From the human T2T-CHM13v2.0 reference genome, Homo sapiens, in NCBI RefSeq assembly GCF_009914755.1, contig NC_060925.1: a stretch of DNA of 64,000 nt, one strand, 5' to 3'. The notes beneath the pieces are model-generated. The model made no database searches and was not told the origin of the DNA. It worked only from the letters and a program-made list of their open reading frames with translations. Made by a program: the position numbers and the translations under genes. Below are positions 30,367-42,933 of this stretch, in pieces; position 1 is the first letter of the stretch, and every line of letters starts with the position of its first letter.

Positions 30367-32399
30367 TCACAAGTTGTTCTTTGAAAACAAAATTTATTTA
30401 AGGTTCTGAAATCAGGTAATTCAAGCAATGCTACATTCTCTATTCTTTGTCTAGTCTGCTTCTTCTTTATCGAACATATATTTATTCAGTCTCAAAATGA
30501 GGTACACACTTTAGAGATGTGGTCTAACCTGGCAAAGCTGAAACTAGCCCATGAGTGTCCAGGTTTCAGGACCAAAAACAATACAGCTACCTCAAACAAA
30601 AAGAATATTCCCTGAGGTTAAACCACTCATAGTGCTTTGTGAAAATGGTAATACTCCAGAGCCAGGCATAGCTGACTGGTGTCAGTCAATAACCTTTAGC
30701 ATGATATATTTACCTAAGGCTTTTCTAAGCAGAGCACTTGTAACCATACGGCCAAACAGGTAGGCCTAATCCTGAGACTACTATCTTGAGAAAGCTAGTA
30801 TGGATAATGAGGCTGGAAATGAAGTAGGGCAACCTGGAGATGGGGCCGTCTGAGGGGAAGAAGTCAGAAAGAGGGAGAATGGCATAAAAGAAAAGGTGAC
30901 ACGTCAGCAAAATCACTCCATGAGCTTTGGCGAGTGAATCAGTGATCATTTCTCATGGAAAGGAAGCAGACAACAAACACAGCCCTTCCAAACAAAGTAT
31001 CCCTGCCACACTCCACCAGCAAAACACACCCTCGCCACAGCTCCCAGAACAGTCACTTTGGAAATTAATTCTTTTCTATAGACTTCACGTGCTAGATTTC
31101 TCTCCTCGGCAATCACATAAGATCTAGAAAGGAACTTATTTTTTAATAGAATTTGTTTTAATTATGAGGAAAGGGTGTCTGCCCTATCAATTAAGTCATG
31201 CTTCAATTAGTACAGCTATCATTGGGGTCATTACTTTAAGTATTTGAAATGTCTACTTAAATAAGGTCACTTTCAATTTGGTAAACATGCCTAAGTCATC
31301 ATATTAATTCACAGCCAGTCACCCAAGGAATGCTGAGTAAGTAAACAATCAAGCATTAGCTAACTAGCCACAAATCCATTTGACTTTATTAATTTCTCTC
31401 TTGGCAAAGAAGCAAGAGAAGGAAGCAAACCATCAGAAACATTCTCACATTGTTCATTCACTATACATTTATTACATACCAGGTGCCAGGCACTGTGCTT
31501 AGGTTTCAATATGTTATTAATATTCACAACTCAGTATATATGAATGTTTTTAAAAAATGAAATCCAATTTTCCCAAAAATAAAAGTTTCAACTCCTCAGA
31601 TGTTTTATCTTATTTCTGCCTGATATGCCTTCCTCCACGGGGTGTGTGATACATCCCAACTCTTCAGCTTCCAGGTTTTCTATCCCTCGCTCCAAAAGAC
31701 TAATCACCTGACAAGTAATTAATGAATATAAACTCACACTAGAAGTACTAGAGAGGCACTCACTATTTTAAAAGTCCTAGGAGAATACGAGTGGTAAAAA
31801 AATACTTCTATTGTTGCACTCAGATTTTTTATATATACATTTGGGTTTTGTGTTAGAAGGAGTAGCTTACACTTATTCAAAAACTTTTTAAAAATACACA
31901 TATATATATATTCAAAATGCAGACAGAGATGTATACATCCTAGGAATAAAGTCTGAAAAGAGTACCACTTTATCAGAGGAATTCCCCTTGCCTCATTTCA
32001 AAAGAAACACCCCCTTTCCCATCATCTTCTGGCAACACTGAAAAACTGGCACCCATCCAAATCAATACCCAAGAAAAGACCCACGCTGAGAACTGACCTC
32101 AAGCAAGTCACTGCTCATCACTAAGAAAAGGAGTTGGCCTGGAGATGTCCCATGTTCCCTCTATGGCCTGCAGATTAGGGGGTCCAATGTCACCTAATCT
32201 TCTACTACAGCTCCATGGGGAGCGGGTACAGATACTATACACATCCACACACTGAACCCAGCCTGGTCTCCAACACACACATGCTGCAGGCCCCTACCCA
32301 TGAGGCCCCAACTCCCCCAGGGAGTTCCAGCTGGCTTACCAAGACACATAAAACACCCCCACACCACCCAGAAGGAGAGGTGAGGAATCTCTTTCCCTC

Positions 32400-32776
32400 A
32401 GCCAGGCAGTCTCCTGAGGCTGCTGACATCACAAAGGTGTCAACTGGCAACCTCATTGTCATGTGGCTCTCCCCTGGCTCCCCTTCACTTGCAAACGCAG
32501 GGAAAGGGTGAGACCTTTCAAAGCTGCCAAGTGGGCAAGCTTCCAGCAGCAGTCTGGGAGCGAGCGACAGAGCCACCAAGCTGGGCGGCAGGGCATTGAG
32601 CCTCGCGTTTCAATTTCTGTTCAGTTCTCCTGTAATGGAAAATTGCTTTGCACAAAGCTAAAGTGTTACAGTTCTTTCCAGCGCCCCTCCCCCGCCCCTC
32701 CCCCCGACCGGCAGCCTTCGGATCAGAGGACAGAGCCCGCAGGAAGGTGAAAGGAGGGTGGTTGTGGCTTCTTACT
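32400..32776 (+). promoter_or_regulatory. LRRC52: LRRC52 proximal promoter / 5' UTR
   Basis: Repeat-free and locally CpG-enriched. Tandem SP/KLF boxes 32682-32706, CRE-like TGACATCA 32424-32431, MYB-like CAACTG overlapping RFX half-site GGCAAC 32441-32451. TSS not determinable from sequence. Confidence 0.65.
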
Positions 32777-33398
32777 ATGTCCCTTGCTTCAGGCCCTGGC
32801 CCTGGGTGGTTACTCTTTTCCTTTGGAATGGGGCTGGTATCAGGGTCAAAGTGTCCAAATAATTGTCTGTGTCAAGCCCAAGAAGTAATCTGCACAGGGA
32901 AGCAGTTAACCGAATACCCCCTTGACATACCCCTGAACACCCGGAGGCTGTTCCTGAACGAGAACAGAATCACTAGTTTGCCAGCAATGCATCTAGGACT
33001 CCTCAGTGACCTTGTTTATTTGGACTGTCAGAACAACCGGATTCGAGAGGTGATGGATTATACCTTCATCGGGGTCTTCAAACTCATCTACCTTGACCTC
33101 AGCTCCAACAACCTAACCTCGATCTCCCCATTCACTTTCTCGGTGCTCAGCAACCTGGTGCAGCTGAACATTGCCAACAACCCTCACCTGTTATCGCTTC
33201 ACAAGTTCACCTTTGCCAACACCACCTCTTTGAGGTACCTGGACCTCAGAAATACCGGCTTGCAGACCCTGGACAGTGCTGCCTTATACCACCTCACTAC
33301 TCTGGAGACCCTGTTTCTGAGTGGAAACCCCTGGAAGTGCAACTGCTCTTTCCTGGACTTCGCCATCTTCTTAATAGTGTTCCATATGGACCCCTCAG
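32777..33398 (+). CDS. LRRC52: LRRC52 coding exon 1 (aa 1-207 + 1 nt): signal peptide, LRRNT, LRR repeats, first half of LRRCT
   Basis: ATG at 32777 (cttactATGt) gives MSLASGPGPGWLLFSFGMGLVSG-SKCPNNCLC..., LxxLxLxxN repeats and NPWKCNC. Donor TCAG|GTGAGG at 33398/33399; 622 nt, phase 1. Recognised as human LRRC52. Confidence 0.97.
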
Positions 33399-34629
33399 GT
33401 GAGGGCTTGATTGGGTGTGGGGAAGAGGATGTGATTGAAGTGGCTCCAGAAAAGGTGAACTCAAAAGATGGTCAGAATGGGAGAAAAAGTTGGGTGAAGC
33501 TGATTGAATGCATTCTTATTACTCTGCAGGGCCCACCCTTGGGTTGACTGGAGTAGCAGTAAGAAAAAGTTCTGAAATAGGAATTCAAAGAGCTGAGTTC
33601 TGGTCCCAAACTCAGCACTTACCAGTTGGCTACCCTTGAAAATGTCACCATTTCTCTGAGCCTCAGTTTTCTAATCCATAAAGTGGGGACAATAATATTA
33701 CCTAAGGCACAGAGTTGCATCAAATATATGATGTGTGTAGAAATGATGAAGTACTCTAATTGCAAAGTGACAAGGTAATATAGGGACACTGTATTCTGTT
33801 GGTAAACTGTTTTAATCTGTTTAATTCAGCAACTGAATTTTTCCAGGATCAAAAAGTAAATTCAGTCATTCATATAGGATTATGATATATAGAAAGGAAA
33901 GTTTAATATAAAGATGGAAGGAGGGGCACGTGAGCTACCCAGACAGTGAGAGAGGGAGGGAAGAAGGAAGAAAGGGCTTTTGATAGCTGCTTTGTTTTGA
34001 AGATGCTGGCCTCCTATGGAAGGAGAGAATGGCATGAATCAATGGAGAAAGGGTCCAGTGCTCACTGTGTCAAGCAGAGAGATTCTAGTCTTACAGGTAG
34101 ATGCTCAGCTCTTACCTAGGAGATTTCCAAGCTCCTTGCCACCACTCTACCCGCTGTCCTCACCCGGCCTGCCACGGCCCCTGTGCTTCATTCCCTCTTT
34201 ATCTTAGGGACTTTACTGTCTCATCCTTACCCTCCAATTCTTCTCTCCACCAATAATAGCATTTTTACCCAGGAAAGTCAGAGCTTCAGAAAAATGAGAA
34301 ATAACTCCTCACAGAAAGTCTGGAGCCACTGATGTAATCCGGCAAAATTGGACTCTGGGTAGAAAATCAAATCCTGTCAAAACCATGTAGTTTCTGTCTT
34401 CCCTGGGTGTTTGCCTTTGAAAACGTTTTCATAGACGCAGCTTCATAAAACTCCTGCTGAAGCTTCCACCATGAAGTACTGCCCAGGTGGCAATATGCTA
34501 GAAATAATCCTGGCCAGAATGACAGACTTCAAGGAGAACTGGGGGAGAGAGAATCAAGTGGTGACAGTAAGTAAAAAACGTGCCCTCCTGGCTTCCCAAT
34601 GGGTGTGTCTCAAAAAGTCCTCCTGGCAG

Positions 34630-34770
34630 AGTCTGGACTGGGATGAGGCAAGCAGGGCTTTTAGGAGGCAAAATTTAAGGAGGCACTGAGAGCGAGTGCA
34701 CTGAGAATGACATTGTGAGTCAGTGCCTCCTTAAATGTTGTGCCTTAGACACCTGACCCTACTGCCAGAT
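34630..34770. mobile_element. Palindromic hAT MITE (MER96-like)
   Basis: 17-bp perfect inverted repeat ATTTAAGGAGGCACTGA (34673-34689) / TCAGTGCCTCCTTAAAT (34720-34736). Confidence 0.7.
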
Positions 34771-36035
34771 ACCTCAACTTGAGTTGTTAGAATAAATCAA
34801 AAGAAACTAACTTTGTCAGACCATCTTCCAACAGGACTAGAATGCAGAAGCAGTTATCTCAGGTAGGTTGCCTTGCCTCTCTATAACACCAACTCTAGGA
34901 GGCAGAGATAATGTTTTCTACTTTTCTCCAAAACTGTGATAGTGTCTAGAAAGCACTATCAAAGAGGTTCAATATTAATCATCCTCATGCATGACCTGTG
35001 GTCCATAAAGGGGATTCTCCCCTGTCCATGTTCCTGTAAATTAGCCTGTGGAAGGGTGTCATCTTCTTTTGCCCCTCCCCACCATACATGCACTTTTCCT
35101 TGAGTATAGCCCATCAGGTTGCAAGTGGGACCTCCCACCCCAGATGACAAGAGTAACATAGCTTGGCTTCCACCCCAGCACCTAAGCCTACCATTTCACC
35201 TCCCACTCCATCTCCCTTCATCAGATTTCTGCTTGCACAGTTGTATCTTCTCAGAATTTTCAGGCTGACCACTTTGGACTCCTTGACTCTTCAGTTCAAT
35301 CCACAGTTGAATGGGATTATAAAGTAGATCTTTTTCACCGCATATTTTCCAAGACATCAGAAAGGAGTGTCTATCTTGTCAAGATTATAAGCTCCTCATG
35401 AATGAAGAGTCTGTTTTGTGAGGTAGACAAAGCTTTCATCCCCCAGCCGTGGGACCCCACACACGTACCCACAACTGCTAATTTGCTCATCTCCCTCCAT
35501 TTTTCCACACATGGTACCTCATTTCCTTTAGCATGAGTGTCACACCAACACTTAAACTTGTGCCCTCAGCCTGTGGAAGAGTCTAGGATTGGTATTTTTA
35601 ACCCTATCCTTGGATGAGAAAATAGACTCACCTGCCCAAAATCACACAGCTGATAAATGGCAAGAAAGTGACTTGAACCCCTTGATTTCAAATGCAGGTC
35701 TTTTTCCACAAGACTATACTATCTCGTAAATCCTCAAATTACATAACTATCATCCTGTAAGTGAGTTTAGTTATAAATATAAGTTATATTATAAACATAT
35801 GGCTACAGCATCTAAACTTCAGCTTTATTTTCTATCTGGCTGCCGCTTGGAACTGGGAAATGATCTTGAGATCATTTTCATTGGATAATAAGCACTAACC
35901 GTCATAAATCCATTGATATGCCTGTACTTCCCTTGCAAACCCAGGTTTCACCCCAGTCTACCCCAACTCCAAAAGGGTGAATCTAACCTTAGCATTTGCT
36001 CTCATTTGGGCCTTAATCAGTCTGGTTCTTCCTTC

Positions 36036-36312
36036 CCATACACACATACAATCACAAATATGCACACAAACACACATGCAAACACAAATACCTACACACA
36101 CATATGCAAACACAAAGGTTTGTATATACCATATATACATATGTTCATACCATATATAAATACATACTTACATACCCACACGTATATACCATTTATACAT
36201 ACATACCTACTTACGTACCCATCCACATATTACATACACACACATAAATGTACAAGTTCACACCCATATACATGAACAGATACATGCATACCCATAAAGT
36301 TGAACACACATA
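36036..36312. repeat. (CA)/(CATA)-rich low-complexity tract
   Basis: Directly visible. Confidence 0.85.
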
Positions 36313-38793
36313 CAGTAAAATTCATTAGCTGCTTCTCTTGCCTTCTAGCCAAACCTCAATGTAAGGAAAGGTATTTAATTCATTTGACTCTCAAATGATG
36401 GTTCATGGTCTCTGCTACGTGGAAATATCTTTGCTATTGGCAAACATTCTTGGTGAAGTTTCAAACTTAAGCCCACCTATTTATACCACATTTGTTATCA
36501 AAATGGTGATCTTTGACATATTCTAGCATGGAGCCCATGTATCTCTCTACATATATCCACATTTCAGGAGATAGGAAGATTTCTATGAAATAACCTGAGT
36601 TATCTGGTGTTTATAAAACAGAATCCATTTCACAAACAGACTCATTTTAGGCCCAAGGAAATACTGAACCTTAGCCCTGGGAAATTTTCACTGTAGTGTA
36701 ATATTAAGGGCAATATGAGAGTGCACATATATTCCTTGAAAAGCAATGCAGTGAAGTAAAGGACTTCCATGCTACAATTCAGTTCATCCATTTATCTATT
36801 TAAATACTTATTGAGTGCCTACTATGTGCCAAACAAGTGCTCATGAAGGTAACTAACCAAGAAACCTGAGGTTGCATATGGAGACTTACGTAACTCTAGG
36901 TCATCTGTGCCATATCTATGTCATAGTTTAGTTGTGCATAACAGAACAAAACAGGGCAGGACAAACGAGGCCAGCATGTGCCTGCTGGGGTGACAGGCAC
37001 TTGGGGCAGCCACTTGTCCTCCAAGAGATGAAGGACAGTCACCCTCAGGCAGCAGAGCCCAGTGTTAAGAGCTCAGGTTCTGTAATAAAATTGACGGGTT
37101 ATAATTCTAGCCCTGATGCTGACTATCTGCAGGATATAAGATAAGTTACTTAACCTCTCTGAACTTTAATTTCCTCATCTTGAATACAAGGATAATAATA
37201 GAACCAACATTCCTAGGGCTGTCATAAAATGAAATGAGAACATTTATGAAGTACCATTAGCATTTAAGTTTGACACACCATAAGCAATCAAAAAACAAAT
37301 GGTTGGTAGATGAGGAAAGGTACAGGATACTAAGAGAGTAGAATACCAGAAAGCAGTCAAGTGTTCCCCTAGATAAGCAGTGGACTTCAGGAAGGCTCAG
37401 CATACGTGGTGTTAGAGGACAATGCACCCTGTCTAGAAATATGACTATAGAGATGCAGGCGGGAATATAGATAGAATGTGGGAAGGTGGGTAGCTGCTTC
37501 TAAGACTCTATTCCATATAAAAATGGGGCAAGGAGAATCCTGGAGGGACAGGACAAGTCTATGTCACATTCTGACTAAGTTGGGTATTATTAGATAAGTT
37601 AAGAACATGGGTTTTCAGACCCTAAGGAACAAAAGCAGAAGCTCAAATCAAGACTTTGTCTCAGCCTGGGCCATGAGACTTGGGGCTGGACCAGCAGCAG
37701 CAGGGTGCCTGTTCCTAAGTCACCTGAACCTAGAACCAAAGCTCTACCTAAAGACAAGCTCCACTTCCAGAGGCAGGTGTGGATGTGTAGACTACATTCT
37801 AGGGATGTGTAGGCAACTTTCTCTAGCCTCAGGAGAAAGACTTCACCTACATGGTATAACTGAGCAATAAATACTTTTGCCCCAATGTGTCCCTATCCAC
37901 TTCCTACCACTAAGCTGAAATTAGTCACTAGAGGTTCATCCTTTTGGGTCCCAATTATGTGTTATGATCTTGAAAAAGAAACTGCAAAAATACATGAACT
38001 CCTGGGAAGAATAAGACAAGTGTCCTTAAGCCTTTATCAGCTCTCATATCAGAAGGAGGAGTTAATTCTTGGGAATTTGATTAGCTAAGATTAATTCTGC
38101 AGCAGTGGAGAACCTTGAAGGAAACAGAGGTGCAAGAAGGAAGTGGAGAGGTCTTAAAAGAAAAGACATGAGGGCAATATCATATGCTTCTTCAAAAAAT
38201 GTGCCACATTTTTGCTAAGGACCTCCCCCATAGAGGGGTTGTAGAGGAAGCCCAGTGTTTCATTCATTTTATTTTATCATAAGGCTACACTGAACAAGAA
38301 TATCAAAACTTTCTCAAGTTGGCGAGATCTGGCACCATAATCAAAGGTCTGATTCAAAAGAAACTCTCCAATGGCATACTCACCAGATGTACTGAAAAGT
38401 ATTCAGTTCTCAAAGAGTTAATGTAGTCATTTTTTAAACACGAAAGTTACAGCAGAAATGGAGGTGTGTTGTAATGTGTCCCTTGCTAGGGTGCTCTATT
38501 GAGCCCTGACCAATAAAGACTGAAAACAGACCCACACATTCCATTTCCTTTCTGGCCCAGGTTAGCAAGTGGGAGGACTAATTCCTGGCCAGCACTGTTA
38601 TTTTCCAGTCATTAATGCTACTTGAAGGTGAGAGTGGTCATTGAGTTCTTCCCAGGATATTTGATTTCCCTCAGGGGACAGGGTTGAATGGCTTTCAGGA
38701 GGCTCTCGAAAACTCACTCAAACTCTAAGCTCCAAAACATACAAAACCTAGCCTCATACATCCCATTCCCCTCTACCCGCAAAGTCTGCTCTA

Positions 38794-38992
38794 ATGCTGT
38801 CCAATAGAAGTTTCTGCAACAGGGTAAATAGTCTATATATATGGTGTCGGATACAGTAGTCACTAGCCGCATGTGGCCATTGAGCTCTTGAAATTTGGCT
38901 AGAACAAATGAACTGAATTTTTATTTTATTTTATTTCAATACATTTAAATAGCCACCTAAGGCTACTGGCTACCATACTGGTTAGGGTAGCC
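38794..38992. mobile_element. MER3-like hAT-Charlie element
   Basis: gctgtccaatagaa...cactagccgcatgtggc...aaatagccac...ggctaccatactgg. Confidence 0.75.
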
Positions 38993-40999
38993 TTTTAACA
39001 TAGGATGTTTAAGCTGGAACTTTAGAATCCAGAGTCACAGGTAAGTGGCTATAGAGAAAAGCCCAGCACAGAGATATCCTGACATACAAGTTCAATGTTT
39101 TTCCCTGATGCCATGATATTTCTTTGCTGTCAAGCACATCATGATCCATTTAACTCTGAAACATTTATTGTATATTCATTATGTCCCCAACATTGCATTA
39201 TAATGCTGGGGTGGCTGTTTCACCGAGAAAAAAAGTCATAATTTTTGTCTTGAATAAGATAATCTAGGATACGAGAAACAGAAAATAGAATTGAAAGCCA
39301 GGAAGCCCTGTCTTGATCCCAGAAATGCCACTGTGTGATATGGGGAAACTCACTTTCCTTCTTCAAGAGTCACTTTTCTTGTCCTTAAAATAAAGGATTT
39401 GGGTTAGAGATTCTCAAAGGCCTCCTATAGCTGGTAGCCTATGGACCTAAATAGAAAGATAAGCACACAGGAGGTGAGAGGAGAACAGCGCTCAGCAGGC
39501 AAGGTCCCAGGTGAGCAAGTGCAGAGTGGCAAGTGCTGAGGCGAAGGTGTTCCCAGTGATGAGGGCTACATCACATAATTAGGAAGTTCATTTAAGAAAC
39601 AGATGCCTCTAACTCCTGTACTCTCCCACCTCCTATATTAAGCACCCTCAACTTCACTAAAACAATGCCTCCACCCCAAGAAACTCATTGCCCCAGACTT
39701 TCCTCCCAGGCCAGACCTGCTCAAACAGTGCTTCTCAAACTCTAATGAGCACAAGAATCCCAGGTCCTATGCCCTGAGGTTCTGATTCAGTCAACTCTTC
39801 ATGCCGGTTGTCCTTAGGCCACTTTTCAGAAACCCTAGAACAGTGGCCTGTGTTCTGGACCTTCAGTGGCTGTTCCAATTAGTAAATGAATCGATTTGCT
39901 CTGAGATGCTAATGGCTAGTGTTTTGAAATATCCCCTCAGGGAGCATTTGCAATTTGACAGGGAACAACCAGAAACAGTGAGAATTCAGAAAGTGACAGG
40001 CTACCAGGGGCTAGAGTGGGGCGGTTTGAGGACAGAGAGTCCCCTCTGTGTCAGCTCTGATAGCCTTAGCCAGTACTAAATGAGCCTGATGGTGGGGCCC
40101 ACACATCAGAGGAGCTTGAGCAAGGGTGCTGCAGAGGCAGTGGACAAAGCCACTCAGGGCCATCTGCAGGGAGCAGATGGGTTGAGTCATGTGCTGCTTC
40201 AGGTCCAAGTCATTTTGAGGGCGTTTTGAGCAGAGAACATCTTAGTTTCATTACGAGGTTATATCATCCTGTATTCAAGACTGTTGTAATGGGATAATGG
40301 CCCCATTTCTACCTACCAAGTACAAAGTCATCCACAACTGTGCCCAAACTTAGATTTCCGGAATGAATTCAGGTCCTCACGTTATTCCACTATCAATGCT
40401 TACCCATGTCCTCCATCAGGGAAATTAAAATAAAGACCAAAGGCTAAAAAAGAAAAAAAAAAAAAAAAGGCTGGGCAACCAGCAGCTCCAAGGCTTCCAA
40501 GGCTGTTGAAAGCCAGAACAGCAGCCTCCTGAGGGCAAGGAGGGGGCTGAGAGGGGTGCAACTGAGTCAGTGATCCCTAAGCCACCCAGAAAATCCAAGA
40601 AGGGATAGGAGCAGCAAGCATGGGACATTTAGGAACCCCTGGGTGATGCTGACACACTCCCTGACTCAGGCCAATTGGGATCCCTGAGAGTAGGTGATCG
40701 AAGGTTACTCCAAGCTCAGAAATGCCAGATTTCTACACCTGGCCCCTCAGGTCACCCAGCATCACTCAGGACTCTGAAAAACAGCAGTTCAAGTCTGGCT
40801 AAAGCAGCCAACCTCAGTTTGCTCATCTTTAAAGGTGAAGAGCTCCTCATCCTGGAGGTAATCCTACAAAGGATGGATGTGGCTAGAGAAAAGAATGGGG
40901 GCCCAGCTAGGAAGGGCCTTGAATGGTTTTCTGGGGAACATGCAATATATCCTAAGAAGTCTTGGGAGGCAAGTGAGCTGGAGGTAAGGCTAGGAAGGA

Positions 41000-42900
41000 A
41001 GCTCCCGTAGGCGTTCAAGCCAGACAGTATGGCAGCCTATGGCAACAGTGAGGAGGAGAGGTGTAGACATTTGAGAAGGAATCATTTAGAAGGCAGAAGC
41101 AACAGGATTTGGGACTGAACTAGCTCCTCTCATAGTTTCTTGTGCACCCTTTGTAACTTCTGGCACAATTCTAATTAATAAATGTGTATTCATTTAACAT
41201 TTGTCTTCCCTGATAGACCGGAAGCTCTATGAGAGCAGATCTGGATCTTTGGAAACAAGCACAGGCCTGACACAGAGAAAATGCTCAACTAGTGTTTCCT
41301 GAGTGAATGAATGAGATACAGAAAATATAGAAAAGGGAAAAATCAATGGTAGCTCCCAAGACTTTGGCTTGGACAGTGTGGGGGCTTTGCTGACATAAAC
41401 ACACTTGGAGGAGGGCAGTGAGGAAGTCAGGCTAGAAGTCAAGTCCCATCTTGACCTTACTGAGTGGGAAGTCCCTGTAAAACACTAGGCATTTGTATGT
41501 TCTGACCTGAAATTCAGAATAGAGGACAGGGCATAAAATATACATATATTTGGGGATCATCAACTTACTAGTGATCACTGAAACCTAACAGAAGATGAGA
41601 TCAATCAGGAAAAAGAGTTTCAAGTGAGGATAATAAGGGCCAAGTACAGAAGCTTTGGGGAATGCAACATACTAAAGGGTCAAGTAAGAAAGAGCAACTC
41701 ATGTAGGACAGCAGGAGCCCCCAGACAAAGGAAATTAGAACAGGATAAATTCATGGAAGCCAAAGAGTTCCAAAAAGTGGGAGCAGGTCAGATAAGGACA
41801 GAAAACTGTCCATCAGATTTAGCACCAGGGATCCCTGATGTCTTGGGCAGTTCTGCTGGCATGATGAGAGTGAACACCAATCCATAATGGGCTATGAACT
41901 GAACATAAAAGGTGTGAAGGAGTAAACCATGTAAACTACTCTTCTAGAAAGCATGGCTGTGGACTGAAGGGAATAGGGTGCTAGTTGGAGAGAAAACAAA
42001 TGAAGAAGGAGGATTTTTAGGAGAAAAGAGATCCAACCATGTGTTTATCTGCTGATGGAAAGAGTCGATGCAGAGAAAAAGGACAAAGATACAAGAAAGA
42101 GGGGAAGTCATTGGTGGGGTAAAGTCCCTGAGAGGACAGAAATGGATGGATGATCTCCAAGGGGTAATCCTTGAAAGGGGAGTGGCACCCCCTCTGCCCT
42201 CTGGGACTGCAGAGAAGGAGGCGAGGGTAAACATAGATGGGGGTGACTGTAATAACAGGGGACAAATACAATTGAGGGGCCCAATTGGTGCCTGTATTTC
42301 TCTTTCAGTGAGGTGAAAGACAAAAAATGACTATATATCTATAAAGTACACATTTTCATGTAATGTTTTCTATGAAGCTTCCATAACACCAATCCAATTA
42401 GGCGACTATAAAATATCCATTGTCCTTGAGATGCTCACATCCTAGTTGAGCAGGCAACACCAAGGTGGGCTGTGGATGCAGGCCACCTGTCATTTCATCC
42501 TGCCTCTGTCACTTGCCGACTACTTGACTGTGGGCAACAATCTCCATCCAACCCAAGTCCTCATGTGCAAAATGCAGATAAAATAGTGCCTATTTCCTCA
42601 AGTTGTGATAATTAAATGAAAAAACCCACATGAAGATTTTAGAACTGCACACAGTACATGTTCAATTAATGCTAGCTGTCGTTGTTGTTACAAATTCTTT
42701 GCCTGGCAGTGATTCTGAGTGTCACACGAGATGCAGAGGACGGGTAAAGCAATGTGGGTTTGCAGAAACAAACAGGGTGAGCAGAGGCAAGGAGTTCAAC
42801 TTGGGGGAGCCAGAGCTCTTGAGGGGGACGTTAAAGCTTCCAAGATGATGTCATAAAAAACACCTAATCTGCTGCATGACCCATATGCAATGATAGGTGG

Positions 42901-42933
<33 letters not shown>

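Noticed and set aside
32648-32776. 43-aa N-terminal extension of LRRC52 in the ORF track
   Set aside because: Starts at TTG, not ATG, and would bury the signal peptide; ATG 32777 gives the known N-terminus.
40805-40880. Exon-like minus-strand DYLQDEELFTFKDEQTE
   Set aside because: Its 3' half is the MIR core (aaagatgagcaaactgagg).
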